Part shown: positions 55,868 through 64,000 of the stretch, piece by piece
How positions within the stretch are numbered: the first letter of the stretch is position 1
Layout of the letters: each line of letters opens with the position of its first letter
Source of the DNA: a virus
Direction: 5' to 3' (one strand)
Length of the DNA: 64,000 nt
IMG/VR virus record: IMGVR_UViG_3300042449_000993
Span: 96,001-160,000 of that record
Made by a program: the position numbers and the translations under genes
The notes under the pieces: model-generated
Told to the model about the DNA's origin: nothing
The model's database searches: none
What the model saw: the letters and a program-made list of their open reading frames with translations, nothing else

Positions 55868-57700
55868 ATGTCAGAAGCAGCATGGAATAAAGCATTTACT
55901 CAGGGTTCTACCGAACTCAAAAATCGCTTAAAGAAAGTTCACGCAAATAATCCAAAGTTTCAATCTTGGTTAAAATCTAGTGGACATGGCGCTGGAGCCA
56001 GTGTAAAACAAGCATCAAAAGAAATCAAACCATCTGAAAGAGTGAAAGCACTTCAAACTAAAAGTTTGAAAGCATACGGTGCTACAAAGGGGTTGAAAGT
56101 TGGCGGTGAGCATGGTAGCGGAGAAATGAAAGATACAATCGCTCCATTGACTCGCGATCAACATTCTAAAGTTCAGGCTGCTGCGCGTGCTGCTAAAACC
56201 GCTGAGAAACCAGCCGCTGCACCAAAAAAACTATTAACAAAAGATCAAAGAATGTCTGCAATTGCTGCTGCTGTTCGTAAAGCGCAAACAAAACACGATG
56301 TTCCTACAATGGAACCAGATGATGAAGGTCATGATGATCTAAGAGATCTTCATCAGTCATTGCATATTCGTAAAGGATATAACGAAGAGGCATCTCCAAT
56401 GATCAAGCCACCTACAAATAGATTTGATAAAAAATCTGATGCCTTTGCTCACGCAGAGAAACATGGCGGTAAGGTATACAAACAAACATATACTGATTCT
56501 AAGGGTCAACAAACAGTATCATATTCTGTTAAAAAAGAAGAAGTTGAACTTGAAGAAGGTAGAATGAAAGATATCGTCACCGATCGTCAAGAAAAAGAAA
56601 GATTAAAGGCTCAAGATGTATTGGGCGGTCCAGTCAAAACAAGAACAGGAAATGAACCAAAAGGTACGCTTCCACTCGGATTTCGCCAAGCGCGCAATAT
56701 TGCTCGCAAGGCAATGAAAGCAGGCAAAACAGTCACAGAATCTACCACAGAGGTAAACGAAATGTCATCACATGGTAAAAAACTCGCCAAAATGATCATG
56801 GCAAAACAATCAAAGCATCCAATTGCTCAAATGATGGGCGAAGCTGGGGACGAACCAAGACATACAGCCGATGCTGGTGAGTATGATTACGAGGGTGACA
56901 TGGCAAAGTCTCAATTGCGTAGCATTATGACCAACGCAAAGCGTTTGCACGATATGCTCGAAGATCAAACAAATCTTCCTGAGTGGGTTCAAAGCAAGAT
57001 CACTCTTGCTGAAGACTATGTTCTCACTGCTGCCAACTATATGGAAGGCGAGATGAACGAAGGGTACGGTGGAAAATTTCCTAAACAATGGCAAAAAGAA
57101 ATGGAAAAGATTCCATCCACATCAACCGTGGTGCATAAAGATAAAACAGTTGTCACCACTAAAAAAGATGGTAAAGTTGTTGACGTAAAGACAACTAAAA
57201 ACGAAGAAGTCGAGCAAGTAGATGAGAAAATCAATCTCGTCAAAGCCAAGATGGGCGATGTAATCAAGGACTTCCAGAAGTCTGATGCTCCACAATTTAA
57301 AGGTAAGAGCATGGAAAAGCGTCGTGAGATGGCAATTGCTGCTAAACTCGGCGCAGAACGCGAAGTTAAGGAAGAAGTCGAGCAGATTGAAGAGAAGTAT
57401 ATGGGCTTCAAGGCTGTAATGGCTGCTGCAAAGAAAGGCGGTGCTCGTAATCCTGCTGCTGTTGCTGCATCAATCGGTCGTGAGAAGTATGGTAAAGAAA
57501 AGTTCCAATCCATGGCTGCTAAAGGTAAGAGAGCCGCAAACGAAGAAACAGAAATTGTTGCTGAAGCAGAAGGTTCTGTTCCAGAAACTCCAAAAGAAAA
57601 GGAACTCGCCAAACATCACGGCGATCCAAAGAGAATCACATACGGTGATGTAATCAAGGCTCGCTTAAAGTCAGCCGCTGCAAAGAAGATGGGTAAATAA
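55868..57700 (+). CDS. Lys/Ala-rich modular probable internal head protein
   Basis: Repeated EEVE(L/Q)(E/V/I)(E/D)E linkers between basic modules. Confidence 0.65.
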   Translation: MSEAAWNKAFTQGSTELKNRLKKVHANNPKFQSWLKSSGHGAGASVKQASKEIKPSERVKALQTKSLKAYGATKGLKVGGEHGSGEMKDTIAPLTRDQHSKVQAAARAAKTAEKPAAAPKKLLTKDQRMSAIAAAVRKAQTKHDVPTMEPDDEGHDDLRDLHQSLHIRKGYNEEASPMIKPPTNRFDKKSDAFAHAEKHGGKVYKQTYTDSKGQQTVSYSVKKEEVELEEGRMKDIVTDRQEKERLKAQDVLGGPVKTRTGNEPKGTLPLGFRQARNIARKAMKAGKTVTESTTEVNEMSSHGKKLAKMIMAKQSKHPIAQMMGEAGDEPRHTADAGEYDYEGDMAKSQLRSIMTNAKRLHDMLEDQTNLPEWVQSKITLAEDYVLTAANYMEGEMNEGYGGKFPKQWQKEMEKIPSTSTVVHKDKTVVTTKKDGKVVDVKTTKNEEVEQVDEKINLVKAKMGDVIKDFQKSDAPQFKGKSMEKRREMAIAAKLGAEREVKEEVEQIEEKYMGFKAVMAAAKKGGARNPAAVAASIGREKYGKEKFQSMAAKGKRAANEETEIVAEAEGSVPETPKEKELAKHHGDPKRITYGDVIKARLKSAAAKKMGK

Positions 57701-57701
57701 C

Positions 57702-58763
57702 ATGAAGTATCAAGTACAAATCTCATATACAAATCCTTCACACGAGCACGTAACATTACGTCGTCGCGTTGAAAGCGTAACTCGTCTTGTTGAGGCATCA
57801 AACGAAAACGAAGCCCTCAATCGCGCAGCAAATCAACAGCGTGCTCTTGGGTTCATGATCAAAGAAGCAAAGGTGTTACAAAAACATGCACAAGTTTCTC
57901 TTGATCCAGAAAAAGAAACCAAGAAAAAGAAAATTGTTGGCAACGACAATGAAACCACAGACGTTGGTGCTGCTGGTGTGAAAGAAGAGAAAGGTGGAAC
58001 TGAATCATATCCACTTCTTAAGAAAGGTGAGAAACTCAAGCCAATGAAGTTGAAGATGGAAGAGGGTTTTGATACCGATCCAAAAGATATCGCTGCATAC
58101 TTGGTCGATCGTCATGGCAAGGGTAAGGTTACAATGGATCACATTGAAGCCTACGAAAGACGTCGCGATTCACACAGACCAATCGAAAAGCATGAAGTCA
58201 TGAAGTTTGTCAAGAAGATGAGCGAAGAAGTCGAGCAGATTGATGAACTCAAAAAATCAACACTGGCTTCTTATGTTAACAAAGCAGCAAATCAAGTGCG
58301 CGCAAAGTCGGGAATTGCTGCCAGTTTTGAAACACAAGGCGCAAGAAAAAGAAATCCTGAAAATAAATCAGCATATATGGATGTAGCAAAAGATTTTAGA
58401 CAAGGTGCTAAAAAACGTCTTACTGGTATTGAAAAAGCAACTGCTAAACTAGCCAAAGAAGAAATCGAACTCGATGAAGCCAAAGACGTAACCAAAGATC
58501 TTCGCACTTCAATGAAGGCAATGGATCTTCGCCATGGCGTTGATGCGGATAAGCGCGTTGCTGGTTACAAAATGTCACCAGCTGTTCGTGCTGCTCAAAA
58601 AAAATCTGATGAACTTTCAAAGGTAGAGAAGAAACCACAGGCTGGAACACTCGCTGCTCAGAAGTCTCGTAAGGCTGCAGAGAAAATGGTAAATAAGGCA
58701 AAGACCGTCGCAAATAAAATTAATGTGGCTCCAGCACTTGAAATGGGTAAACCAAATGCTTAA
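57702..58763 (+). CDS. Modular probable internal head protein
   Basis: EEVEQIDELKKSTLASYV.KA, EEIELDE linkers. Confidence 0.65.
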   Translation: MKYQVQISYTNPSHEHVTLRRRVESVTRLVEASNENEALNRAANQQRALGFMIKEAKVLQKHAQVSLDPEKETKKKKIVGNDNETTDVGAAGVKEEKGGTESYPLLKKGEKLKPMKLKMEEGFDTDPKDIAAYLVDRHGKGKVTMDHIEAYERRRDSHRPIEKHEVMKFVKKMSEEVEQIDELKKSTLASYVNKAANQVRAKSGIAASFETQGARKRNPENKSAYMDVAKDFRQGAKKRLTGIEKATAKLAKEEIELDEAKDVTKDLRTSMKAMDLRHGVDADKRVAGYKMSPAVRAAQKKSDELSKVEKKPQAGTLAAQKSRKAAEKMVNKAKTVANKINVAPALEMGKPNA

Positions 58764-59208
58764 ATTTAGCGAATTTTTAAAAGAAGAAAATGAAGATGTG
58801 ATCGATACTGATGTTCGTCATCTAGAAGAAAATCTAGATGCATTGAATGCAGAACTCGACACTCTTACCACAAAACCATATCAAAACGCCCCTTTAATGC
58901 TCGCTCAATTGCGTGGAGTATTAGAGCGTTATGGTATTAATCTTCCACAACAAGCAACGCCAAACTTCTTGAATCTATCCGCAGAGTTGGTTTATACTCT
59001 TGGTGATTCAGGAAAGTTTTTATATATCGTTTATGATACAAACGATGATGCTTATGTTGATGGTTATGCTCAAGTTGTTGATGGCGAAGAACTATCAATG
59101 CTTGCAAGTTCTGATGTTTTAAACACTGATCGCAATTTAATTGCAGTTCGTCATTCAGATTGGTATCGTAAGAGAGATGACGATTCAGGTGACGATAGCG
59201 AATATTAA
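58756..59208 (+). CDS. Hypothetical virion protein
   Basis: N-terminal MLKFSEFLKEE targeting-like motif. Confidence 0.65.
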   Translation: MLKFSEFLKEENEDVIDTDVRHLEENLDALNAELDTLTTKPYQNAPLMLAQLRGVLERYGINLPQQATPNFLNLSAELVYTLGDSGKFLYIVYDTNDDAYVDGYAQVVDGEELSMLASSDVLNTDRNLIAVRHSDWYRKRDDDSGDDSEY

Positions 59209-59211
59209 TTT

Positions 59212-59598
59212 ATGTTTGATGATTTAAATGAAGAAAATATATTATTGTATGCAGCAAAAAGTTATGAAAAACCAAACTGCATTCATAGCGAATTTGAAGA
59301 AGATTATAAGCGCATCAGGTACATCAAGCGATTATTGCAAAGATATCGTTTAACTGGAAAAATAAAAGAGCGATTAATACTAAATCATATTGTTATTGTA
59401 CAAAATGTTTTTGGAATTGAAGCCAGTACGAGAATGTTATTCTTTAGAATTGACTGGAGAGACTGGAGCGCATTAAAAACATTTTTAATTTATACTTCTG
59501 CAATGCCAAATATTGTGAGAGGCATAAGAAGCAAAGATATAATTTCGAGTGATATACCAATCGACGAATATATTGTAAGTATATTGAGAGGCGTTTAA
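59212..59598 (+). CDS. Conserved T4-like hypothetical protein
   Basis: F..L...N..LYA.K.Y..P.C, EF.ED.KRI.YIKRL, ERLILNH. Confidence 0.8.
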   Translation: MFDDLNEENILLYAAKSYEKPNCIHSEFEEDYKRIRYIKRLLQRYRLTGKIKERLILNHIVIVQNVFGIEASTRMLFFRIDWRDWSALKTFLIYTSAMPNIVRGIRSKDIISSDIPIDEYIVSILRGV

Positions 59599-59612
59599 TA
59601 CTAGACATACTG

Positions 59613-59641
59613 ATTATAAACTAAAATCAAGTATGAGTCAA
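59613..59641 (-). promoter_or_regulatory. Antisense sigma70-type promoter pointing into late genes
   Basis: Minus strand TTGACT-N17-TATAAT. Confidence 0.55.
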
Positions 59642-59656
59642 ATATTGGGGACGGAT

Positions 59657-60922
59657 ATGTTAAATTTTAAAACATTTATTGTAGAAAATTTCTTGGTAGA
59701 GGGTAGAGGCGAAGAAACTGCTCACGGTGGATTTGCCAATGAACACTTTACTGTCAATCATATTAACGAATATGTCAAACATGTCAGTTCTGGCGGTTCT
59801 CATGAAAGCGGATTGAAGAAAATTAAAGGTGCCAAATTTGACAAAGGCGCATATAAAAGTGGACACCCAATTAAAAACGCAATTGATGCGATTGGACATA
59901 AGCAAGTAGAATCCATTCACGAAGATTCTAAAGACACTGCGCATGCAATCATTAATCATCTCAGAGATAATTATGGATCAAATGTGACAAACTCTCATCA
60001 TGTTGGTAAAGTCGGTGCTGCTGGTGTAGAAGAAGTTAAGAAATTGACTGGTAAGGCTTCAAATGCTGACGTAGTTCTTTCTACAAAACATCCAAAGAAA
60101 GGGGCAGGTCATGCTCTTGCTCACTTGGAGCATGTTGGTGCTTCTTTAAAATACTCAAAGAGTGAAAAAGAAGGTAGTATTAAAATTCACTCACCTAGCA
60201 TCTCAAATATGGCTAAGATAGTTGATGATCATCATGAACAGATGCATCAAAAATCTGCAGGTGTTTTAAAAGGCGTTGAAGATGCAGTTAAGAAGGGTGT
60301 TGAAGAGCAAAGAAATATTGTAAAGAAACACGCAAAAACATTAGAAACTCATTTCAAAAGCAAAGAGTTTTTACAGAATAAAGATAAAAAGCACGTTAAG
60401 AAATATCTTGGCAAAGTTGGATCTGCAGAAGATTATAAAAGCGGCAATTTAAATAAGGCTGGCATCAGTTATATCAATAAGAATGAAAAGATGAAGCCAA
60501 TTTATGATGAGATGAAAGCAGCAAATTTAAAAATGAAACAAAACGTTGCTGGACATCTTCACAGAGGAATTGCTGCTGTTTTAGATCATAAATCAAAAAA
60601 TCCTAATCATGCTAAGATCAAAGAATCATTAACACGTTCTATTGGAAACGTTCATTCACCAGAAAAGTCTGGATCTCTTCCAACATTCTTAGTTTCTACT
60701 GATCGCAGTAGAGGTGTGAAGATTCATGATATTACAAATCACTTTGCAAAACATTTTAGTGGAGCAGACCCGCATAAACATTCTTTCACTAAAGGATCTT
60801 CAACTTTTAGAGTTGGTCCAACAAATATTGCTATTGACGCAAGACCATCAACTAGTGCAAGAGCTCCATTAAATAATCCAGTTAATGTTTCAATTTCTGC
60901 AGCAGATCTTAAGAAAAAATGA
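59657..60922 (+). CDS. Capsid-targeted protein with PD-(D/E)xK-like nuclease motif
   Basis: MLNFKTFIVE N-terminus; G...E, ADVVL...SLK. Confidence 0.5.
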   Translation: MLNFKTFIVENFLVEGRGEETAHGGFANEHFTVNHINEYVKHVSSGGSHESGLKKIKGAKFDKGAYKSGHPIKNAIDAIGHKQVESIHEDSKDTAHAIINHLRDNYGSNVTNSHHVGKVGAAGVEEVKKLTGKASNADVVLSTKHPKKGAGHALAHLEHVGASLKYSKSEKEGSIKIHSPSISNMAKIVDDHHEQMHQKSAGVLKGVEDAVKKGVEEQRNIVKKHAKTLETHFKSKEFLQNKDKKHVKKYLGKVGSAEDYKSGNLNKAGISYINKNEKMKPIYDEMKAANLKMKQNVAGHLHRGIAAVLDHKSKNPNHAKIKESLTRSIGNVHSPEKSGSLPTFLVSTDRSRGVKIHDITNHFAKHFSGADPHKHSFTKGSSTFRVGPTNIAIDARPSTSARAPLNNPVNVSISAADLKKK

Positions 60923-61284
60923 AATCATTTAAAGAATTCATAAAAGAAGATGCACCAGCAAATGCAATGGGCGCAGCAGGAATCAGTAGCGCAGGCACCG
61001 CTGTAAATGTTGGAATTGCAGGATTTGATCCTGTGATGGGGAAAATGCTTCGCCGAAAGAAACCAGCAATGTTTGGTGGAAAAAGAGTTTTTAAAGTTCC
61101 TTCTGATCGTTATCAAAAAGCATTACAAGGAAAAAAGAAATTTAAACATTATTCAAGTTATGTGGGACGCGATGAACTTGGTGAAGAAATTCAATCATAT
61201 ATTCGCGAAAATCCAGAAGCTCCAGTGATTCTTGAAGATGAAGTGACAGGAGCAATGTTGTTCTTAAAATACGGAAAGAGGTAA
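60919..61284 (+). CDS. Hypothetical virion protein
   Basis: MKSFKEFIKED targeting-like motif; AGFDPV. Confidence 0.7.
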   Translation: MKSFKEFIKEDAPANAMGAAGISSAGTAVNVGIAGFDPVMGKMLRRKKPAMFGGKRVFKVPSDRYQKALQGKKKFKHYSSYVGRDELGEEIQSYIRENPEAPVILEDEVTGAMLFLKYGKR

Positions 61285-61287
61285 ACA

Positions 61288-61530
61288 ATGAAAGCAGTAA
61301 TTTTTGCTGTAACTGCTTTATTATTAGTTGGATGTGAGGATACATATAGATATCCATGTCAAGATCCTGCAAATAAGGATAAGGCAGAATGCAATCTTCC
61401 AGCATGTGAAGCCGATGGATTTTGCTACGATAAATTGAATGGCTTACAACAAGAAACTGTTGTGATTGAAGAACAACAACCTTGCAATAGTGAAACGACT
61501 GAAACAACTAGTGAAGAAATAGGAGAATAA
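61288..61530 (+). CDS. Lipoprotein (possible lysis accessory)
   Basis: Lipobox LLVG-C, RYPCQDP.N, Cys-rich. Confidence 0.7.
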   Translation: MKAVIFAVTALLLVGCEDTYRYPCQDPANKDKAECNLPACEADGFCYDKLNGLQQETVVIEEQQPCNSETTETTSEEIGE

Positions 61531-61532
61531 TT

Positions 61533-61880
61533 ATGTTTAAGGGTCCACGTTATACTGAAACTGAATTGATGGCTCGATTGAAATTTACGGTCGGTCTATC
61601 ATTGGCATTTACATTGACAGGAATTGTGTTTGTAGTTCTCTACTCACTTATCTTTGTTACACAGCCAATGCAACAATCACCAAACGACGCAAAGTTTTTT
61701 GAGTTGATTACGCCAATTGCTACTTTCTTAACTGGTATTCTTTCAGGTATTATGTTGGGTAAGAACGAAAAAGAAAATGCTCCCCCAACAGCACCTACAC
61801 CAGAAGCAACAAAACCAGAAGATTTATTGCCAGAACCTGTAAAGGAAATGGTTGAAGAAGTACAAGATCATATTGCTTGA
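61533..61880 (+). CDS. Two-TM membrane protein (possible holin)
   Basis: Two hydrophobic helices directly upstream of endolysin. Confidence 0.6.
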   Translation: MFKGPRYTETELMARLKFTVGLSLAFTLTGIVFVVLYSLIFVTQPMQQSPNDAKFFELITPIATFLTGILSGIMLGKNEKENAPPTAPTPEATKPEDLLPEPVKEMVEEVQDHIA

Positions 61881-61888
61881 GGTGGGTC

Positions 61889-63094
61889 ATGAGTTTAAAA
61901 GCACTTCAACAAAAGATCGGAGTGACGGCTGACGGTGCGTGGGGTCCAGGAACTCTACGTGCTGCTGCTGCATTCTACAAATTATCACCTGCTAGAGCAG
62001 CGCACTTCTTTGGTCAAACTTCTCACGAAACTGGTGGATTCAAAGCATTTAGCGAGAATCTAAATTATGGTGCCAAAGGTTTGATGGGAATATTCAAAAA
62101 GTATTTTCCAGATGCTGCGACTGCTGCCAAATATGAAAGAAAACCAGAAGCCATTGCAAATCGTGTGTATGCAAATCGCATGGGCAATGGTCCAGAAAGT
62201 TCAGGTGATGGTTGGAAGTATCGCGGTCGTGGTGCATTACAATTAACAGGCAAATCTAATTACGAAGCGTTTGCGAAATACTGCAATCGCCCAGATGTGA
62301 TGACAAATCCTGATTTGGTTGCAGGTGAACTTGCATTCGAATCAGCAATGTTCTTTTTCGAACGAAACAAACTTTGGAGCATTTGCGATCAAGGAGTGAC
62401 TGATGCTGCGATATTATCCATTAGTAAGAAAGTTAATGGTGGCACACACGGCTTGGAAGATCGCAAGAATAAGACGAAAACGTACTTCGCGCAGTTAAGT
62501 GCTCCTGCTGGTGCTGCTCCGAAAGTTGTGACACCAACAGCATCAAAGGGCATTGTTGTTCCACCTCCTGCGCAACTAGCCGCAGCAGCAAAACCAGCAG
62601 CAATCACTTCAGTTAAACCAGATATGCAGCTGACGGAACATTTTAATCTTAAAGAGTTTACCAAATCAGAAACTGCAACTCGCAAAAGAATTGATAATAC
62701 TCCAAATGCAGCACACGCAGAGAATTTAAAGAATGTATGTGAAAAAATACTTGAGCCTGTTCGCCGTCATTTCGGTAAGCCTGTGCGCATCAATAGTGGG
62801 TATCGTGGACCAGCACTTAATGCTGCCGTTGGCGGTTCTAGTAAGTCTCAGCATTGCAATGGCGAAGCGGTAGATTTTGAAATCGACGGACTTCCAAATC
62901 CAGATCTTGCCAAATGGGTTGCAGAAAACTGCGAGTTTGATCAAATCATTCTTGAATTCTATGATCCAAAAGAAGGACCAAATAGCGGTTGGGTGCATGC
63001 GTCAGTTAAAAGAGACGGAAGCAATCGTAAACAAAAGATGACTGCGGTTACAGTCAACGGAAAAACAGTGTATAAGCCAGGATTTGTTGTATGA
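61889..63094 (+). CDS. Endolysin: PG-binding plus GH19 glycosidase plus Peptidase M15A
   Basis: ADG.WGPGT; HETGGF, RGRG.LQLTG..NY; SGYR...N..VGG...SQH..G.A.D, WVH. Confidence 0.9.
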   Translation: MSLKALQQKIGVTADGAWGPGTLRAAAAFYKLSPARAAHFFGQTSHETGGFKAFSENLNYGAKGLMGIFKKYFPDAATAAKYERKPEAIANRVYANRMGNGPESSGDGWKYRGRGALQLTGKSNYEAFAKYCNRPDVMTNPDLVAGELAFESAMFFFERNKLWSICDQGVTDAAILSISKKVNGGTHGLEDRKNKTKTYFAQLSAPAGAAPKVVTPTASKGIVVPPPAQLAAAAKPAAITSVKPDMQLTEHFNLKEFTKSETATRKRIDNTPNAAHAENLKNVCEKILEPVRRHFGKPVRINSGYRGPALNAAVGGSSKSQHCNGEAVDFEIDGLPNPDLAKWVAENCEFDQIILEFYDPKEGPNSGWVHASVKRDGSNRKQKMTAVTVNGKTVYKPGFVV

Positions 63095-63720
63095 TAGAAA
63101 ATTATATTAATCGTGTTGCAATGGCAATTGATAATGCAATGAACGATGTTACTAAATTGCCACAATCTGTGTTTACCATTCCTGGTATGTCATCAAGAGA
63201 AAATCGAATATTATTAAATGAATTGATTAAAGAAGATGATAAATACCTAGAAATAGGAGTACATAAAGGTTCTACTTTTGTTTCTGCGATGTATAATAAT
63301 AACGCAACTGCTGTTGCAATTGACAATTTCTCGCAGTTTGGAAATTATGAGGAAAATAAAAGATGGTTTGATCAGTCTTGTAATGAACATAATATATCTA
63401 ATTTTACCTTTATTAATGCAGACTGTTTTAATTTAAGTGAAGAGCAGAAAGAAATTGTTAAAGGAACAAATGTATATTTTTATGATGGAGATCACAGGGC
63501 TGAAGATCAAGAAAACGCATTAACATATTATCTTGATTTACTTACAAATCAATTTATTTTTATTGTCGACGATTGGAATCATGAGCCTGCAAAAAATGGA
63601 ACACAAATTGGATTAAATAAATGTGGTCTTAAAGTACATAAAGAGTGGATATTAACAAATCACACTACTTCGAAAAATTGGCATAATGGATTATACGTTG
63701 CGGTTTTAGAGAAAACATAA
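63091..63720 (+). CDS. Class I SAM-dependent methyltransferase
   Basis: YLEIG..KGST, FYDGDH, IVDDWN. Confidence 0.8.
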   Translation: MIENYINRVAMAIDNAMNDVTKLPQSVFTIPGMSSRENRILLNELIKEDDKYLEIGVHKGSTFVSAMYNNNATAVAIDNFSQFGNYEENKRWFDQSCNEHNISNFTFINADCFNLSEEQKEIVKGTNVYFYDGDHRAEDQENALTYYLDLLTNQFIFIVDDWNHEPAKNGTQIGLNKCGLKVHKEWILTNHTTSKNWHNGLYVAVLEKT

Positions 63721-63729
63721 GAGAAATAA

Positions 63730-64000
63730 ATGTCAGCATTAACAAATAACAAATATAATCTAGAAATGTGGCAGGGTGCCACATTTTCAATGACCGTTAC
63801 TGTCAAAGATGCCAACGCAAACGTCCAGAATTTATCTGGATATACTGCGAGAATGCAAATTCGCACAAGTTATGGTGCAGGATCAGCAACTGAATCACTC
63901 ACTACTTCTAATGGTGAAATCACCATCACTGCAGCAGAGGGCAACGTTGCACTAGAACTCGCAGCAACAAGAACTGCGAATATTCCTGTTGATTTAAACA
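63730..64000 (+). CDS. Probable virion structural (baseplate/tail) protein, 3' truncated
   Basis: QGATF, NLSGYTARMQIR, L..SNG.I pattern. Confidence 0.65.
   Translation, partial: MSALTNNKYNLEMWQGATFSMTVTVKDANANVQNLSGYTARMQIRTSYGAGSATESLTTSNGEITITAAEGNVALELAATRTANIPVDLN

Noticed and set aside
1-64000. Stop-codon reassignment
   Set aside because: Core genes translate full length in the standard code with dense packing

Overview
This window is a 64 kb segment of a large T4-like (myovirus) phage genome, resembling uncultured aquatic T4-like phages. Essentially all genes are on the + strand in the standard genetic code. It runs from the end of major capsid gene 23, through gp3, uvsY, uvsW, gp55, gp47 and gp46, into an early region (peptide deformylase, VWA/metallopeptidase plus CobS-like AAA ATPase, small ORFs). 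Next come the replication module (gp1, gp45, dsbA, gp44, gp62, regA, dUTPase, hsp20, dCMP deaminase, gp43, uvsX, gp41) and two glycan/nucleotide-sugar islands. It ends with a block of probable capsid-internal proteins and a lysis cassette. The most notable element is a compact operon at about 15.0-22.3 kb behind a perfect sigma70 promoter. It encodes a TET/JBP-family dioxygenase, a class II glutamine amidotransferase, an amidoligase, a GNAT acetyltransferase, a GIY-YIG-like/ParB fusion, an amino acid:DNA transferase (aGPT-Pplase2 type), a P-loop nucleotide kinase and a GT-A protein. This looks like a post-replicative DNA base hypermodification pathway whose product I cannot match to a characterised base. 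Other signals include five copies of a ~70 bp early-promoter cassette giving leaderless mRNAs, two antisense sigma70 promoters aimed into late genes, a 73-nt tRNA/tmRNA-domain-like RNA, a capsid-targeted PD-(D/E)xK-like nuclease, and an internally deleted methyltransferase paralog. All family assignments come from motif recognition by eye, not database searches.
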